NCBI GenBank assembly: GCA_947479915.1 | Contig: CANKAU010000001.1 | Coordinates: 89,977-153,976, forward strand | Length of the DNA: 64,000 nucleotides | Origin: Chloroflexota bacterium | GTDB lineage: Bacteria; Chloroflexota; Dehalococcoidia; UBA2979 | Direction: 5' to 3' | Shown here: positions 46,524 to 56,582 of the stretch, in pieces | How the letters are laid out: each line of letters opens with the position of its first letter | Position numbering within the stretch: the stretch's first letter is position 1 | Notes under the pieces: model-generated | What the model saw: only the letters and a program-made list of their open reading frames with translations | What the model was told of the DNA's origin: nothing | The model's database searches: none | Program-made: the position numbers and the translations under genes

Positions 46524-47884
46524 TGCTGGAGGAACACCTCGGTGCCCGGCGGGGGCGCGCCGCGGTCACGGGTGATGACGGCGAACGCCGTGCCGGTCTG
46601 CCGTTGGAGGCGTTCCAGCATCTGCGCGTTCTCGGCGGCCGCCTCGTTCGCACGGCGCTCCAGCTCATCGAGCGTGGTCCCGGGATCGGCGGGGCGCGTG
46701 CCCATGGGGCCGTTGAAGATCGGATTCACGAAGACGGCGTCGATGACGTCGGCCTGCGCGACGATCTTCAACAGACGCTCCATCTCGTCCGCCTTGCGGG
46801 TCATCGTATCGATCGGGTTGTTCACGCTGGTGCCGGCGACCGGGATGAACTCGTGCATCTCGTCCTGCGACGCCTGCGGCATCTGCGGCACGTCGAGGCC
46901 CTCGAGCGCGATCGCGTCCGACGCGAGGACGCCATAGCCGCCGCCGATGCTCACCAGCGCGATCCCGGTGCCGCGGACGCGCCGAACGGAGGTGTTGCAC
47001 GCGACGATCAGGTCGTGCAGCTCGTCCATGTCAGCGGCACGGACGGCACCCGCCTGCCGCGCCATCGCGTCGAAGATCTGGATGTCGCCAGCCAGCGAGC
47101 CGGTGTGTGAGTGCGCTGCGCGGGCACCCGCGCTGGTGAGGCCGCCCTTCAGCAGGATCACCGGCTTCACCGCAGCGCAGCGCTTCACGGCCTCGAAGAA
47201 CTTGCGCCCGTCCTGGACACCCTCGATGTACGCGGTGACCACCTCGGTCTGCTCGTCGTGCATCGCGTAGTCGAAGAAGTCGTAAGAGCGGAGGTCGGCT
47301 CCGTTGCCGAAGGAGATCACCTTCGAGAAACGCACCCCACGCCGCGCGAGGCTCTGCACGACGTCGCCCGCATTCGCGCCGGACTGCGAGATCAGCATGA
47401 CGTTCCCCGCCTCGCGCGGGAACCCGTTCATGAACGCGAGGCCGTTGTCGGGGACGTACAGCCCCATGCAGTTCGGGCCGATGGTGCGGACGCCCGCGGC
47501 ACGCAGCCGGGCGATCATCTCCGCCTCCACGTTCGCCATCTCAGAATCGCCGGTCTCCGAGAAGCCCGCTGTGAAGAAGTGCAGCGACCGCACCTTCTTC
47601 TGGATGACCTGGTCCACCAGCCCCGGAGCCGCGCGCGCAGGCACCAGCGAGATGACGTGGTCGACGGGATCCGGCGTGTCGAGGAGCGTCGGATAGCACT
47701 TCAGCCCCTCGACCTCGTCCATCTTCGGGTTGACGGGGTAGAGGTCGTGACGTTCGTGGAACTTCTGCTCCAGGAGGGACGTCAGGAAGCCCCACCCACC
47801 GCCTCCCGCGGCTCCCGTGGACGGCACGCCGACGAGGGCGACCGCGCGAGGGTGGAAGATCGGGTCGAGCGGATGGTCGGTCAT
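46412..47884 (-). CDS. acetate/acyl--CoA ligase (ADP-forming) alpha-type subunit, CoA-binding + ATP-grasp
   Basis: CoA-binding AVALVGVPSTG, succinyl-CoA synthetase-like HSHTGSLAG phosphohistidine loop and ligase-CoA domain. The start is set at MTDHPLDP. Confidence 0.75.
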   Translation of the reverse strand: MTDHPLDPIFHPRAVALVGVPSTGAAGGGGWGFLTSLLEQKFHERHDLYPVNPKMDEVEGLKCYPTLLDTPDPVDHVISLVPARAAPGLVDQVIQKKVRSLHFFTAGFSETGDSEMANVEAEMIARLRAAGVRTIGPNCMGLYVPDNGLAFMNGFPREAGNVMLISQSGANAGDVVQSLARRGVRFSKVISFGNGADLRSYDFFDYAMHDEQTEVVTAYIEGVQDGRKFFEAVKRCAAVKPVILLKGGLTSAGARAAHSHTGSLAGDIQIFDAMARQAGAVRAADMDELHDLIVACNTSVRRVRGTGIALVSIGGGYGVLASDAIALEGLDVPQMPQASQDEMHEFIPVAGTSVNNPIDTMTRKADEMERLLKIVAQADVIDAVFVNPIFNGPMGTRPADPGTTLDELERRANEAAAENAQMLERLQRQTGTAFAVITRDRGAPPPGTEVFLQQCYERGVAVYPSVARAARAVSRIRQWRSRREGLPDIL

Positions 47885-47946
47885 GGGCAGCCTCGTGCGG
47901 TCGGGACGGTGATGGGGCGATTGTAGCCGCCCCATCACACCTGTCG

Positions 47947-49179
47947 TTAGCCCTCGACCGGCCCGGCGGCGACGCGGTACTGCTCCGGGACGTTGCCGTC
48001 CTTCGCGACCTTCGCGATCAGCTCCGCGACGGTCTCGACCTCCGCCTCCGTGTTGTAGACGTGCATCGAGAGCCGCACGGAGCCGGCCTGCTTCACGGAG
48101 CGGCACACGACGTGCGCCTCCCCCTGCAGGTAGCCGGTGATGAAGGCGGGGTCGACACCCGGCACCGAGAAGAAGAACAGCCCGCTGCGCGTCGAGTCCG
48201 TGCGCCCACCGGTCAGCTCGACGCCCGCAATGCCGCCGATGCGATCCTCGCCGTAGTGAGTGAGCTCGCGCACGCGATCCCAGACGGCGTCCGGCCCGGA
48301 CTCCAGGTACTGCTCAACGGCCTGGAGCGTGCCCGCGACCACCGGCGTCGAGTTCGTCGACACCTCGAACTTCGTGACGTCGCCCTGCTTCGCCTCGAAG
48401 TGGCCGGCGAAGTCGTACGAGGCCGCCGCGCGCCCGCTGACCTTCACGGGGTCGAGGTCGGCGATGCGGTCGCGGCGCACGTAGAGCATGCCGAGGCCCT
48501 CCGGCCCGCAGAGCCACTTGTGCGCGGGGATGGCGTAGACATCCACGCCCAGCGCGTGCGCATCGATCGGGATGTGCCCGCCGGTCTGCGCGCCGTCCAC
48601 GACCACGGTGGCGCCGCGAGCGTGCGCGAGGCGCACGATCTCCGCGAGGGGCAGCGTCTGCCCGGTGGCGTAGGAGATCTCGGACAGGATGACGAGCTTC
48701 GTCTTGTCGTCGATCGCCTGGTCGAAGCGCTCCACCATCTCGCCCGAGCCGTTGCCGTGCTCGATCGGGACGATCGTGACCTCGGTGCCGTACTTGCGGC
48801 GCGTCCAGTAGGCGGGGATCATGCCGCCGCCGTGCTCGATGTTCGTCGTGACGACACGATCGCCCGCCTGCAGCGCGACGCCGTTGACGCCGATGTTCAC
48901 GCCCTCGGTCGTGTTGCCGGTGATCGCGATCTCGTCGACGTCTGCGCCCATCATCTGCGCGGTCGCGATGCGCAGACGCTTCGTGAGGTCGGCGCGATCG
49001 TCCATCGACTCCTTGGTCGTGGGGCCGATCTCCATCTCCAGGTCAATGCGCCGCTTCATCGCGTCGGAGACCTCGATGGTGCGCGCGCCGCAGAAGCCAG
49101 CGTTCAGGTAAACGTAGCGCTTGGTCGCGGGCGTGTGCTCACGCATCCATGCCCAGCGCGCCGCGTGATCCGTTGCCAT
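47947..49179 (-). CDS. class V aminotransferase (cysteine desulfurase-like)
   Basis: PLP-dependent fold type I. The probable PLP-lysine context is AIPAHKWLCGPEG. The start is set at MATDHAARW. Confidence 0.75.
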   Translation of the reverse strand: MATDHAARWAWMREHTPATKRYVYLNAGFCGARTIEVSDAMKRRIDLEMEIGPTTKESMDDRADLTKRLRIATAQMMGADVDEIAITGNTTEGVNIGVNGVALQAGDRVVTTNIEHGGGMIPAYWTRRKYGTEVTIVPIEHGNGSGEMVERFDQAIDDKTKLVILSEISYATGQTLPLAEIVRLAHARGATVVVDGAQTGGHIPIDAHALGVDVYAIPAHKWLCGPEGLGMLYVRRDRIADLDPVKVSGRAAASYDFAGHFEAKQGDVTKFEVSTNSTPVVAGTLQAVEQYLESGPDAVWDRVRELTHYGEDRIGGIAGVELTGGRTDSTRSGLFFFSVPGVDPAFITGYLQGEAHVVCRSVKQAGSVRLSMHVYNTEAEVETVAELIAKVAKDGNVPEQYRVAAGPVEG

Positions 49180-49374
49180 GCCCGGCCTCCCACTCGTCCT
49201 CGGTCGCCCGATCATTCTGTCGCTGCGGAGCATCCTATACCTGCCCTGTGACCGCGCGATGTCGAGGCGGCTTCGGCCGGATGGCCCGCCCTCGCGCGCT
49301 GACGTACCCTGTCCCGGCCGCGCCCCCTTCCGGCGCGGCGCCGGCCCACGGATCGCAGACGAGGAGCGCGCAGC

Positions 49375-50181
49375 ATGGTCGAGCAGTCGGTGAGCCGCGG
49401 GACGGGCTGGCAGCCCGGGCAGTACGCCCGCTACAGCGACGAGCGCAGCATGCCTTTCTATGACCTCGCGGGGATGGTGCAGCCGGCCCCCGGCATGCGC
49501 ATCGCTGATCTGGGCTGCGGCACGGGCGAACTGACGAAGTGGCTGCACACCGAGCTGGAGGCCAGCGAGACGGTCGGCTTCGACTCGTCTCCCACGATGC
49601 TTGCCGAGAGCCAGAAGCACACGCTCCCCGGCATGCGCTACGAGCAGATCGACATCCTGGATGCGGCCGAGCAGTACAGAGAGCAGTTCGACCTCGTCTT
49701 CTCGAACGCGGCGCTCCAGTGGATCCTGGGCCACGACACGCTGTTCCCGAAGATCGCGGGGATGGTGAAGCCGGGCGGCCAACTCGCCGTGCAGATCCCG
49801 CACAACGGTTGGCACATCGGCCACCAGCTCCCGGCGATCATCGCGCGGGAGGAGCCGTTCGCGAGCGCCCTCGGCGGGTGGACGCGCGCCGACCCGGTGC
49901 GCGAGCCGGAGTTCTACATGGACATGCTGTACACGCAGCTGGGCTTCCGCCCGCAGCGCGTGCGCACCGAGTGGTACACGTTCGAGATGGAGTCCCCGCG
50001 CGGGATCGTGGAGTGGGTGAAGGGCTCCGTGCTCTCGTCCTACCGCGAGCACCTGCCGGCCGATCTCTACCCGAAGTATGTCGAGGCGTACGAGCAGCGG
50101 CTGCTGCAGGAGATGGGCGACACCGGCCCGTTCCTGTACCCGTTCAAGCGCATCCTGTTCTGGGGCCGCAAGCCCGAGTAG
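49375..50181 (+). CDS. tam: trans-aconitate 2-methyltransferase (class I SAM-dependent methyltransferase)
   Basis: Matches Tam over its full length: DLGCGTGELT, DLVFSNAALQW, VQIPHN. Confidence 0.8.
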   Translation: MVEQSVSRGTGWQPGQYARYSDERSMPFYDLAGMVQPAPGMRIADLGCGTGELTKWLHTELEASETVGFDSSPTMLAESQKHTLPGMRYEQIDILDAAEQYREQFDLVFSNAALQWILGHDTLFPKIAGMVKPGGQLAVQIPHNGWHIGHQLPAIIAREEPFASALGGWTRADPVREPEFYMDMLYTQLGFRPQRVRTEWYTFEMESPRGIVEWVKGSVLSSYREHLPADLYPKYVEAYEQRLLQEMGDTGPFLYPFKRILFWGRKPE

Positions 50182-50196
50182 GCAGCGGCATCGCCG

Positions 50197-50955
50197 CTAC
50201 TCGAAGAGCCAGCGGCGACGGGCGGGACGGCGGTGGCCGTAGGTGAGCCCGAACTTGTCGAGGGCCGCGGCGCGGATCAGCGTCACGGCCTCCTCGGTCG
50301 AGTCGGTCAGCGTGAGCCGGTCGAGATCCTCCTGCCGGATCTTGCCCTCGGCGAGCATGCTGCGCTTCAGGAAGTCCACCAGCGGCGCCCAGAACTCCGT
50401 GCCCATCAGCACGATCGGGAAGTCGCGGATCTTGCCGGTCTGGATCAGCGTCGCCGTCTCGAACACCTCGTCGAGGGTACCGAAGCCGCCCGGCAGGACG
50501 ACGAATGCGTACGAGTACTTTACGAGCATGACCTTGCGCACGAAGAAGTAGTGGAACTGCACGAAGGTGTCCAGGTAGCGGTTCGGCTCCTGTTCGTCCG
50601 GCAGGTCGATATTGCAGCCGACTGACAGTCCGCCTGCCTCGCGCGCGCCGCGGTTCGCAGCCTCCATCACCCCGGGGCCGCCACCCGTCATCACGGTGAA
50701 CCCCGCGCGAGCGAGGGCGGCGCCGATGCGCCGGCCCAGCGCGTAGTGCGGGTCATCCTCGACCACCCGCGCTGAGCCGAAGACCGTGACACAGGGTCCG
50801 AGGAAGTGCAGACGACGGAAGCCGCGCAGAAACTCCCAGCCGATGCGAAGGACGCGGATCAGCTCCCACCAGCGTTCCTGCGGCCCCTCGAGGAACAGCC
50901 GCTCGCCGTCGTCCGGCTCAACGGCCTGCGGTTGCCAGTCCGGTCCCTGCGTCAC
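50197..50955 (-). CDS. LOG family protein (cytokinin riboside 5'-monophosphate phosphoribohydrolase-like, TIGR00730)
   Basis: Motifs VFGSAR, GGGPGVMEAANRGA and PGGFGTLDE. Confidence 0.85.
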   Translation of the reverse strand: MTQGPDWQPQAVEPDDGERLFLEGPQERWWELIRVLRIGWEFLRGFRRLHFLGPCVTVFGSARVVEDDPHYALGRRIGAALARAGFTVMTGGGPGVMEAANRGAREAGGLSVGCNIDLPDEQEPNRYLDTFVQFHYFFVRKVMLVKYSYAFVVLPGGFGTLDEVFETATLIQTGKIRDFPIVLMGTEFWAPLVDFLKRSMLAEGKIRQEDLDRLTLTDSTEEAVTLIRAAALDKFGLTYGHRRPARRRWLFE

Positions 50956-51066
50956 TGTCGCCGCCCTCCCGCGCCTCGCTCAGCCTGTAGCGTGACGCGC
51001 GACCGGGGCAGCGACAACCGAGTGTGCCCTGTGTGCCGACTGCTGCGTTGTTTGAGCTGCGCGAAG

Positions 51067-52104
51067 CTAGACGACGGGCGAGAGGCGCGCGGCGGTGCGG
51101 ATCACCTGCCGCAGGTCGGCCTCGTTCGCCTCTACGGTGATAGCCTCGTCGACGACGGCGAGCGCGCGTTCGTCGAGGGCCGCAGCGGACTGCGCGGCGG
51201 CGAGGGCACTCGCCGTGCGGCGGAGCATCAGCGCGGCCATGACGACAGGCACCAGGTCGGCCTCCTGCTCGGTGAGCGGCGGCTTCGCATGCGCGGAATA
51301 GCCAGCAACCCAGCGGATGATCCGCCAGCCGATGCTCCTCGAGTCGGCCAGCAGGCTCTGCGCGATGTCCACGGCGCGCGCATCCGCACGTGACTCGTCG
51401 AAGTCGATGAGCCCGGTGACGTCGTTGCCATCGAACAGCACATGCTCCGAGGTGCACGCGCCCCACAGCGGAAGCGGTGACAGGTCGGCGTAGCCGTAGG
51501 CCTCCAGTTGCTCCTCGACGCGCATGCGCAGCACCGCGAGCATGTTCGCGCGCATCGGGTCGACCGCGTGGACGCGGGCGAGCAGCGCTTCAAACGAGGC
51601 GAGGCCGTGCGGACGCACCGCCGCGTCGAAGTCGTCCACGCGGCCGCGGCGCAGGGTGCCGCCCCAGTCTGCGAGGTCGGCATGCACCAGCGCGAGCAGC
51701 GCGCCTCGCCGCTGGAGGAAGATCGATTCATCGGGCGGCGGCTCGCCGGGGAGCAGCGGAAACACCGCCCAGCGACCGTCCTGTGCCTCGACGGAAGTGG
51801 CCCCCTCGGCGGTCGCGACGGGCACCGCCACGGGCCACGAGCGGTCCGCGAGGAACGCGAGCAGATCATGCTCGTAGGCGATTGAGTCCGCCGTGCGCGC
51901 CGCCTCGTAGCGCCGCAGCAACAGCGGCTCGCCGTCGCGGTCGAGGGCCTCGACCCGCCAGCGGTCGGATGCACCCTCGAGCGGCGTGACACGCGCGGCG
52001 CCAAGGCCCCATGCATTGAGGACGACGTTCAGATCAGGGGACGGGCCCGTTGGGGCGGTCATCGCGGCTCCTCGATCGCGTCCCGCAGTCACCGGCACGC
52101 GCAC
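51067..52104 (-). CDS. phosphotransferase (APH/choline kinase family)
   Basis: Brenner motif HVLFDGNDVTGLIDFDE. The start is probably internal (MTAPTGPS, about 52062). Confidence 0.65.
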   Translation of the reverse strand: MRVPVTAGRDRGAAMTAPTGPSPDLNVVLNAWGLGAARVTPLEGASDRWRVEALDRDGEPLLLRRYEAARTADSIAYEHDLLAFLADRSWPVAVPVATAEGATSVEAQDGRWAVFPLLPGEPPPDESIFLQRRGALLALVHADLADWGGTLRRGRVDDFDAAVRPHGLASFEALLARVHAVDPMRANMLAVLRMRVEEQLEAYGYADLSPLPLWGACTSEHVLFDGNDVTGLIDFDESRADARAVDIAQSLLADSRSIGWRIIRWVAGYSAHAKPPLTEQEADLVPVVMAALMLRRTASALAAAQSAAALDERALAVVDEAITVEANEADLRQVIRTAARLSPVV

Positions 52105-52175
52105 CTACGAGGGTACCCCGACGCGCCGGGACGCGCGTCCCTGGAGCGCGCCCCACATGCGAGGGATGCGGGGGT

Positions 52176-53178
52176 CTAGCGAATCCCGCTGTCGTACATG
52201 ACGTTCGCGACCACCCAGTCACCCGCCGAGACGTCGATGTCACGCGGCGCGCCGCGCGGCAGCGTGGCTCCGCCCGGCGTGAACGGGACGACCGTGTAGT
52301 GGCCGGGCGGCAGCGCCACGGAGTAGAAGCCGGTTGCGTCGGAGAGCGCACGGGCGACCTCGACGCCGGCGGCGTTGCGGAAGAGCAGTGTCGCGGCGAG
52401 CGGGCGGTCGGGACACGGAACGCCTTCGCGCTGGACGGGACACGAGGGACCGACGGTGACGCCACCCAGCGCGCCGGACGACGCCGTGCCTGGATCGAGG
52501 ACCACCGTCACCACGTAGTCGGCAGCGGTCAGCGTGCGCCCGCTCGTGGGTGTCGGAGTCAGCTCGAGGGCGCGGAGCGTGACGCCGCCGGGCAGCTCGG
52601 TCGATCCTCGCGTGGGCGAGACCACCACCGGGACGCGCTGCGTGGTGCCCGGGCGCGTCCACTCGAACACGAGGTTCGCCTCGCCGGCCCAGATGCATTG
52701 CACATCAGTGGGGCAGCGGGAGTCCGCGGTCACGTCGACCAGCGCGAGCGTCCGGCCGCCCGGTAGATCCGCCACGACCCCCTGTGCGAGCCGGACCGCC
52801 ACGCCCGTCAGCACCGTGACATGCGCGACCACCGGCGGGGGCGCCGTCGGCGGCGGCGTGGCCGATGGGACGGGGGTGGCGGCGGGCGTACCGGTCGGGC
52901 GAGGCGTGTCGGGCGGCGGCGCGGGGGTCGAAACGGGGGGACGGGGGGGGCGTGCCACTCGCTGCGGGGGTGCCGGAGGCAGACGGCGCCGCCGAGGGCG
53001 TGCCGCCGGATGGCACGAGCGTTGCGGTGGGGGCGGCTGGGCTGCTCGACGGGTTCGCCGCCGACGCAGTCGCAGCGGGCGTCGCCGTCGATGCGCGCGG
53101 CGCGCTACGGTCGCACGCCGCGAGGAGCACGGTGAGCGCCAACAGTGCAAGGATGAACCCGGTCGTGCGTCGCCTCAT
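52176..53178 (-). CDS. lipoprotein with Pro/Thr-rich linker and Cna-B/carboxypeptidase-regulatory-like C-terminal domain; apparent frameshift in poly-G tract
   Basis: The N-terminal frame (from 53178) gives the lipoprotein signal MRRRTTGFILALLALTVLLAAC. The C-terminal domain lies in another frame (52176-53150). The frames meet at the G6/G8 homopolymers near 52925-52960. Confidence 0.5.
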
Positions 53179-53273
53179 GCCACTGTGACGTTACACGAGA
53201 CGGGATGGTTCCCCCCTCACGCGCGTGCGCTATCGTTCCCGCCGAGGGCAGGCGCCACAGCAGGGAGCGAACC

Positions 53274-54269
53274 ATGCGCGCGTATCGAATCACCACAGGC
53301 GGCGGAGTCGAGGGCCTCGCGCGGGTCGAGTTGCCCGACCCCCAGCCCGCGGACGACGAGGTGCTGATCCGCGTGCGGGCGACCTCGCTGAACTACCGCG
53401 ACCTGATGATGGCGCGCGCATCCCGCGACGAGATCATCCCGCTGTCGGACGGGGCGGGAGAGGTGGTCGCGGTCGGGGCGGGCGCGTCCCGCTTCGCGGT
53501 CGGCGACCGGGTCACCAGTTGCTTCTTCCCGAACTGGATCGATGGCGGCGTTGCCCCGGAGTACATCGCGGAAGCCCTCGGTGGCGCACAGCGCGATGGG
53601 ATGCTCGCCGAGCTCGTCGCGCTGCCGGAGCGCGCCGTCGTCGCCACGCCCGTGCACATGAGCGACGAGGAGGCCGCCACGCTGCCGTGCGCCGCCCTGA
53701 CCGCGTGGCAAGCGATCTTCGAACAGGCGTGGCTGCGGCCGGGCCAGACGGTCGTCTTCCTCGGAACCGGCGGCGTCTCGATCGCCGGGCTGCAGCTCGC
53801 GCACCTCGCGGGGCTGCGCACGATCATCACATCGAGCAGCGACGAGAAGCTGCGGCGCGCACGCGCGCTGGGCGCGGACGAGACCATCAACTACCGCACG
53901 CAGCCGGACTGGGACCGCGCGGTGTTGGATCTCACAGGTGGGCGCGGCGCCGACCTGGTGTTGGAGGTCGGCGGCGAGGGCACGTTCGCGAAGTCGAACG
54001 CGTGCGTGCGTCCCGGCGGTGCGGTGGTGATCATCGGCGGCCTCGCGCGGGACGGCGCGGGAGCGGGCGTGCCGCTGGTGGCGCGCAACGTGCACGCGAC
54101 GCGCATCTACGTCGGCAGCCGACGGATGTTCGAGGACATGAACCGCGCGCTCACGCTGCACCAGGTGCACCCCGTCGTCGATCGCACCTTCGCTTTCGAC
54201 GACGCGATCGAGGCGTACCAGTGCCTCGCGTCGCAGTCGCACTTCGGCAAGGTCGTGATCCGGGTCTAG
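53274..54269 (+). CDS. zinc-type alcohol dehydrogenase-like / quinone oxidoreductase (MDR family)
   Basis: Rossmann FLGTGGVSIAGLQLAHLAG and MDR-family layout. ATG with GGGAG RBS. Confidence 0.8.
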   Translation: MRAYRITTGGGVEGLARVELPDPQPADDEVLIRVRATSLNYRDLMMARASRDEIIPLSDGAGEVVAVGAGASRFAVGDRVTSCFFPNWIDGGVAPEYIAEALGGAQRDGMLAELVALPERAVVATPVHMSDEEAATLPCAALTAWQAIFEQAWLRPGQTVVFLGTGGVSIAGLQLAHLAGLRTIITSSSDEKLRRARALGADETINYRTQPDWDRAVLDLTGGRGADLVLEVGGEGTFAKSNACVRPGGAVVIIGGLARDGAGAGVPLVARNVHATRIYVGSRRMFEDMNRALTLHQVHPVVDRTFAFDDAIEAYQCLASQSHFGKVVIRV

Positions 54270-54282
54270 CGCGCCGCGAGCG

Positions 54283-56547
54283 CTACTGCGTCGGGAGCGG
54301 GGCGGGCGACTTGAGCGTGCGCAAGTAGTTCACCAGGTTCCACATCTGCTCCTCGGTCAGCGTGCCGCGGAACGCGGGCATCGCCGTGCCGGGGAAGCCA
54401 CCTTCGATGAACGCGAAGATGTCGCCGTCGCCGTGCAGCGGGACGTGGAGCGGCAACTTCGCGGGCGGAGGGTTCAGCGTCGCCGCATCCGGCCCGTCGC
54501 CGAGGCCGCCGATGCCGTGACAGCCGACACAGCGCTGCTGGTAGAGCTCGCGCCCAAGGGCGATCGACTCGCCCGTGCTCAGCACCGGGTTCGCACGTCC
54601 GCCGACCGCAGGGGCTACGGCGCCCTGGTGGAAGTGGCCCACGCCGTACACCATCATGATCCCGACCACGACCAGCGCGGTGCCGCCCCAGTTGGCCGTG
54701 CGCGCCGTGCGCGTTCCCTTCCAGTACGCCTCGGAGACCACGAGGACGGCAAGCGCGAGCAGCACCACCTGCCAGCCCGCTGCAAGCAGCGCGGTCACCT
54801 GTGCGGGCGGTGTGATGCCTTCGGTCCCGGCCGGGGTGACGGGTAGGCGCACCGACACCGTGGTGTCGAACGCGCCGGGGCTGGTCACCGCGACATCCAT
54901 CTGCCAGTCGCCCACCAGGCTCAGCACCACGTGCTCGGCGACGTACACACCGGAAGCGTCGCGCTGCAGTGGGACGTCGCGCACGCCCAGGTCCGCGCCC
55001 GCGTACTTCAACTGCAACGTCACGCTGCTGGTGGCCTCCGGGAGCGGGCGCCCCCGGGCGTCAACGTGCACCTCGATGCGATTCGCGCCGATGCTGCCGG
55101 GCGCGACCGCGACGCGCGCCGTGATCGGGCCGGAGGCAGCGGTGGCCGTCTTCGCGCCACGCCCGGCGGCCTCGCGCGCGGGCTCGAGGCTCGTGAGCAC
55201 GCCTGCAGCGAGCAGCGCCGCCAGCACCAGCACGACCTCGACGCCGACGGTCACCGCAAGCAGCCGGGGTGCGCGCGCATCGCCGGTGAGCCGGCGCGTC
55301 ACCCACAGCAGATTGACCGCCGCGACCAGGATCAGCGCGCCGTAGGCGACCACCTTCGCGATCACGGCGTATCCGTACGAGGTATCGAACGCGGCCCACG
55401 CGGCGACCTGCAGCCAGGTTGCGTAGACGCCCGTGATCAGCAGCGCCGCCGTGACCAGCAGCGCCAGCGGTGAGAACCGTGCCGTCACATCGCGGAGCAG
55501 CACGCCGCGGCGTGCGCTCGGCAGACCTCGCGATGCGCGGATGACCGCAAGCAGTCCGATCAACCCGCCGACCCAGAGCCCCGACGCCAGCGTGTGCACG
55601 ATGTCGTTCGCGACCGCCGTCACCTCGAGATCGCGCGTGGCAGCGGCGTGGCTCGCGAACGCGAGCGTGGTCGCGGCGCCCGCGAGGAGACCGACGACGA
55701 CCAGGTGTGCACGACGCGCCTCGGCCGCTCGCAGCCACACGAGCGCGGCAAGCGCGACGAGTACGAGGCGGAGCAGCCACATCTGGCCCCAGCGTGTGCC
55801 GGTCACGACCTCGACCAGCCCGCCATCGCCCTGCGGCTGCACGAGCAGGTGCGCCAGCGCACCGACGAGGAACACGGCGAGCGCGATGCCCACGATGCGT
55901 GGGTCGACGCGGAGCGACGCCCCACGCACCTCGCGCGCTGCGAGCGCCGGAGCGAGCACCATGAGCGCGAACCACTCGACGCCGAGCGCCACGAGGAGTC
56001 CGCCAAAGACCAGCCAGCGCGCGAACGGGTCGAGGCGGGACACCTCGCTGGTGGCAGATGCGGCCGCGCTCGCGGGTGCCGGGGTCGAGACGCCGACGCT
56101 GAACGCGTACGTGCCGCGCAGCGGGTGCCCGTCCACCGCGGAGGTGTTGTGCCACGCCACGGTGTAGGTGCCGGTGGGGATCGTGCCGAGCGTGACGCTC
56201 ATCAGGGACGCATTGCCGGGATCCACGCGGCTCGTGCCCGCGTCGACCCGGCGGCCCGCGGTGTCGAGGACCTCGATGCCGGAGGCATTCGGCGCGACCG
56301 GCTCCGTGAACCAGATGCGGATCGCCGTCGGCGCTGTCGCGAGCGTGCTGTCAGGTGCCGGCTCAGCGCGGTCGATGTTGGCGTGCGCCGTGGCCCGCCC
56401 CGCGGCAATCAGGAGTGCCAGGCACGCGATCGCGCACGCCGCCGCCAGCAGGGCGGCGAGATGCCGCAGGGGCGAGTGGGGCAGCGGATGACGGTGCGCG
56501 GGCAGCATCAATCGAGTATCCGCCGGGTCGGCAACGCGGGACACCAC
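54283..56547 (-). CDS. copper resistance/uptake CopC-CopD fusion protein with C-terminal cytochrome c domain
   Basis: Signal peptide, then the CopC mature start HANIDR... A multi-TM CopD region and C-terminal CVGCHG heme-binding motif follow. The start is possibly internal (MLPAHRH, about 56508). Confidence 0.75.
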   Translation of the reverse strand: MVSRVADPADTRLMLPAHRHPLPHSPLRHLAALLAAACAIACLALLIAAGRATAHANIDRAEPAPDSTLATAPTAIRIWFTEPVAPNASGIEVLDTAGRRVDAGTSRVDPGNASLMSVTLGTIPTGTYTVAWHNTSAVDGHPLRGTYAFSVGVSTPAPASAAASATSEVSRLDPFARWLVFGGLLVALGVEWFALMVLAPALAAREVRGASLRVDPRIVGIALAVFLVGALAHLLVQPQGDGGLVEVVTGTRWGQMWLLRLVLVALAALVWLRAAEARRAHLVVVGLLAGAATTLAFASHAAATRDLEVTAVANDIVHTLASGLWVGGLIGLLAVIRASRGLPSARRGVLLRDVTARFSPLALLVTAALLITGVYATWLQVAAWAAFDTSYGYAVIAKVVAYGALILVAAVNLLWVTRRLTGDARAPRLLAVTVGVEVVLVLAALLAAGVLTSLEPAREAAGRGAKTATAASGPITARVAVAPGSIGANRIEVHVDARGRPLPEATSSVTLQLKYAGADLGVRDVPLQRDASGVYVAEHVVLSLVGDWQMDVAVTSPGAFDTTVSVRLPVTPAGTEGITPPAQVTALLAAGWQVVLLALAVLVVSEAYWKGTRTARTANWGGTALVVVGIMMVYGVGHFHQGAVAPAVGGRANPVLSTGESIALGRELYQQRCVGCHGIGGLGDGPDAATLNPPPAKLPLHVPLHGDGDIFAFIEGGFPGTAMPAFRGTLTEEQMWNLVNYLRTLKSPAPLPTQ

Positions 56548-56582
56548 ACCCGTGGCGCCCGCGTTGCCGCCCTGCGAGTCAA

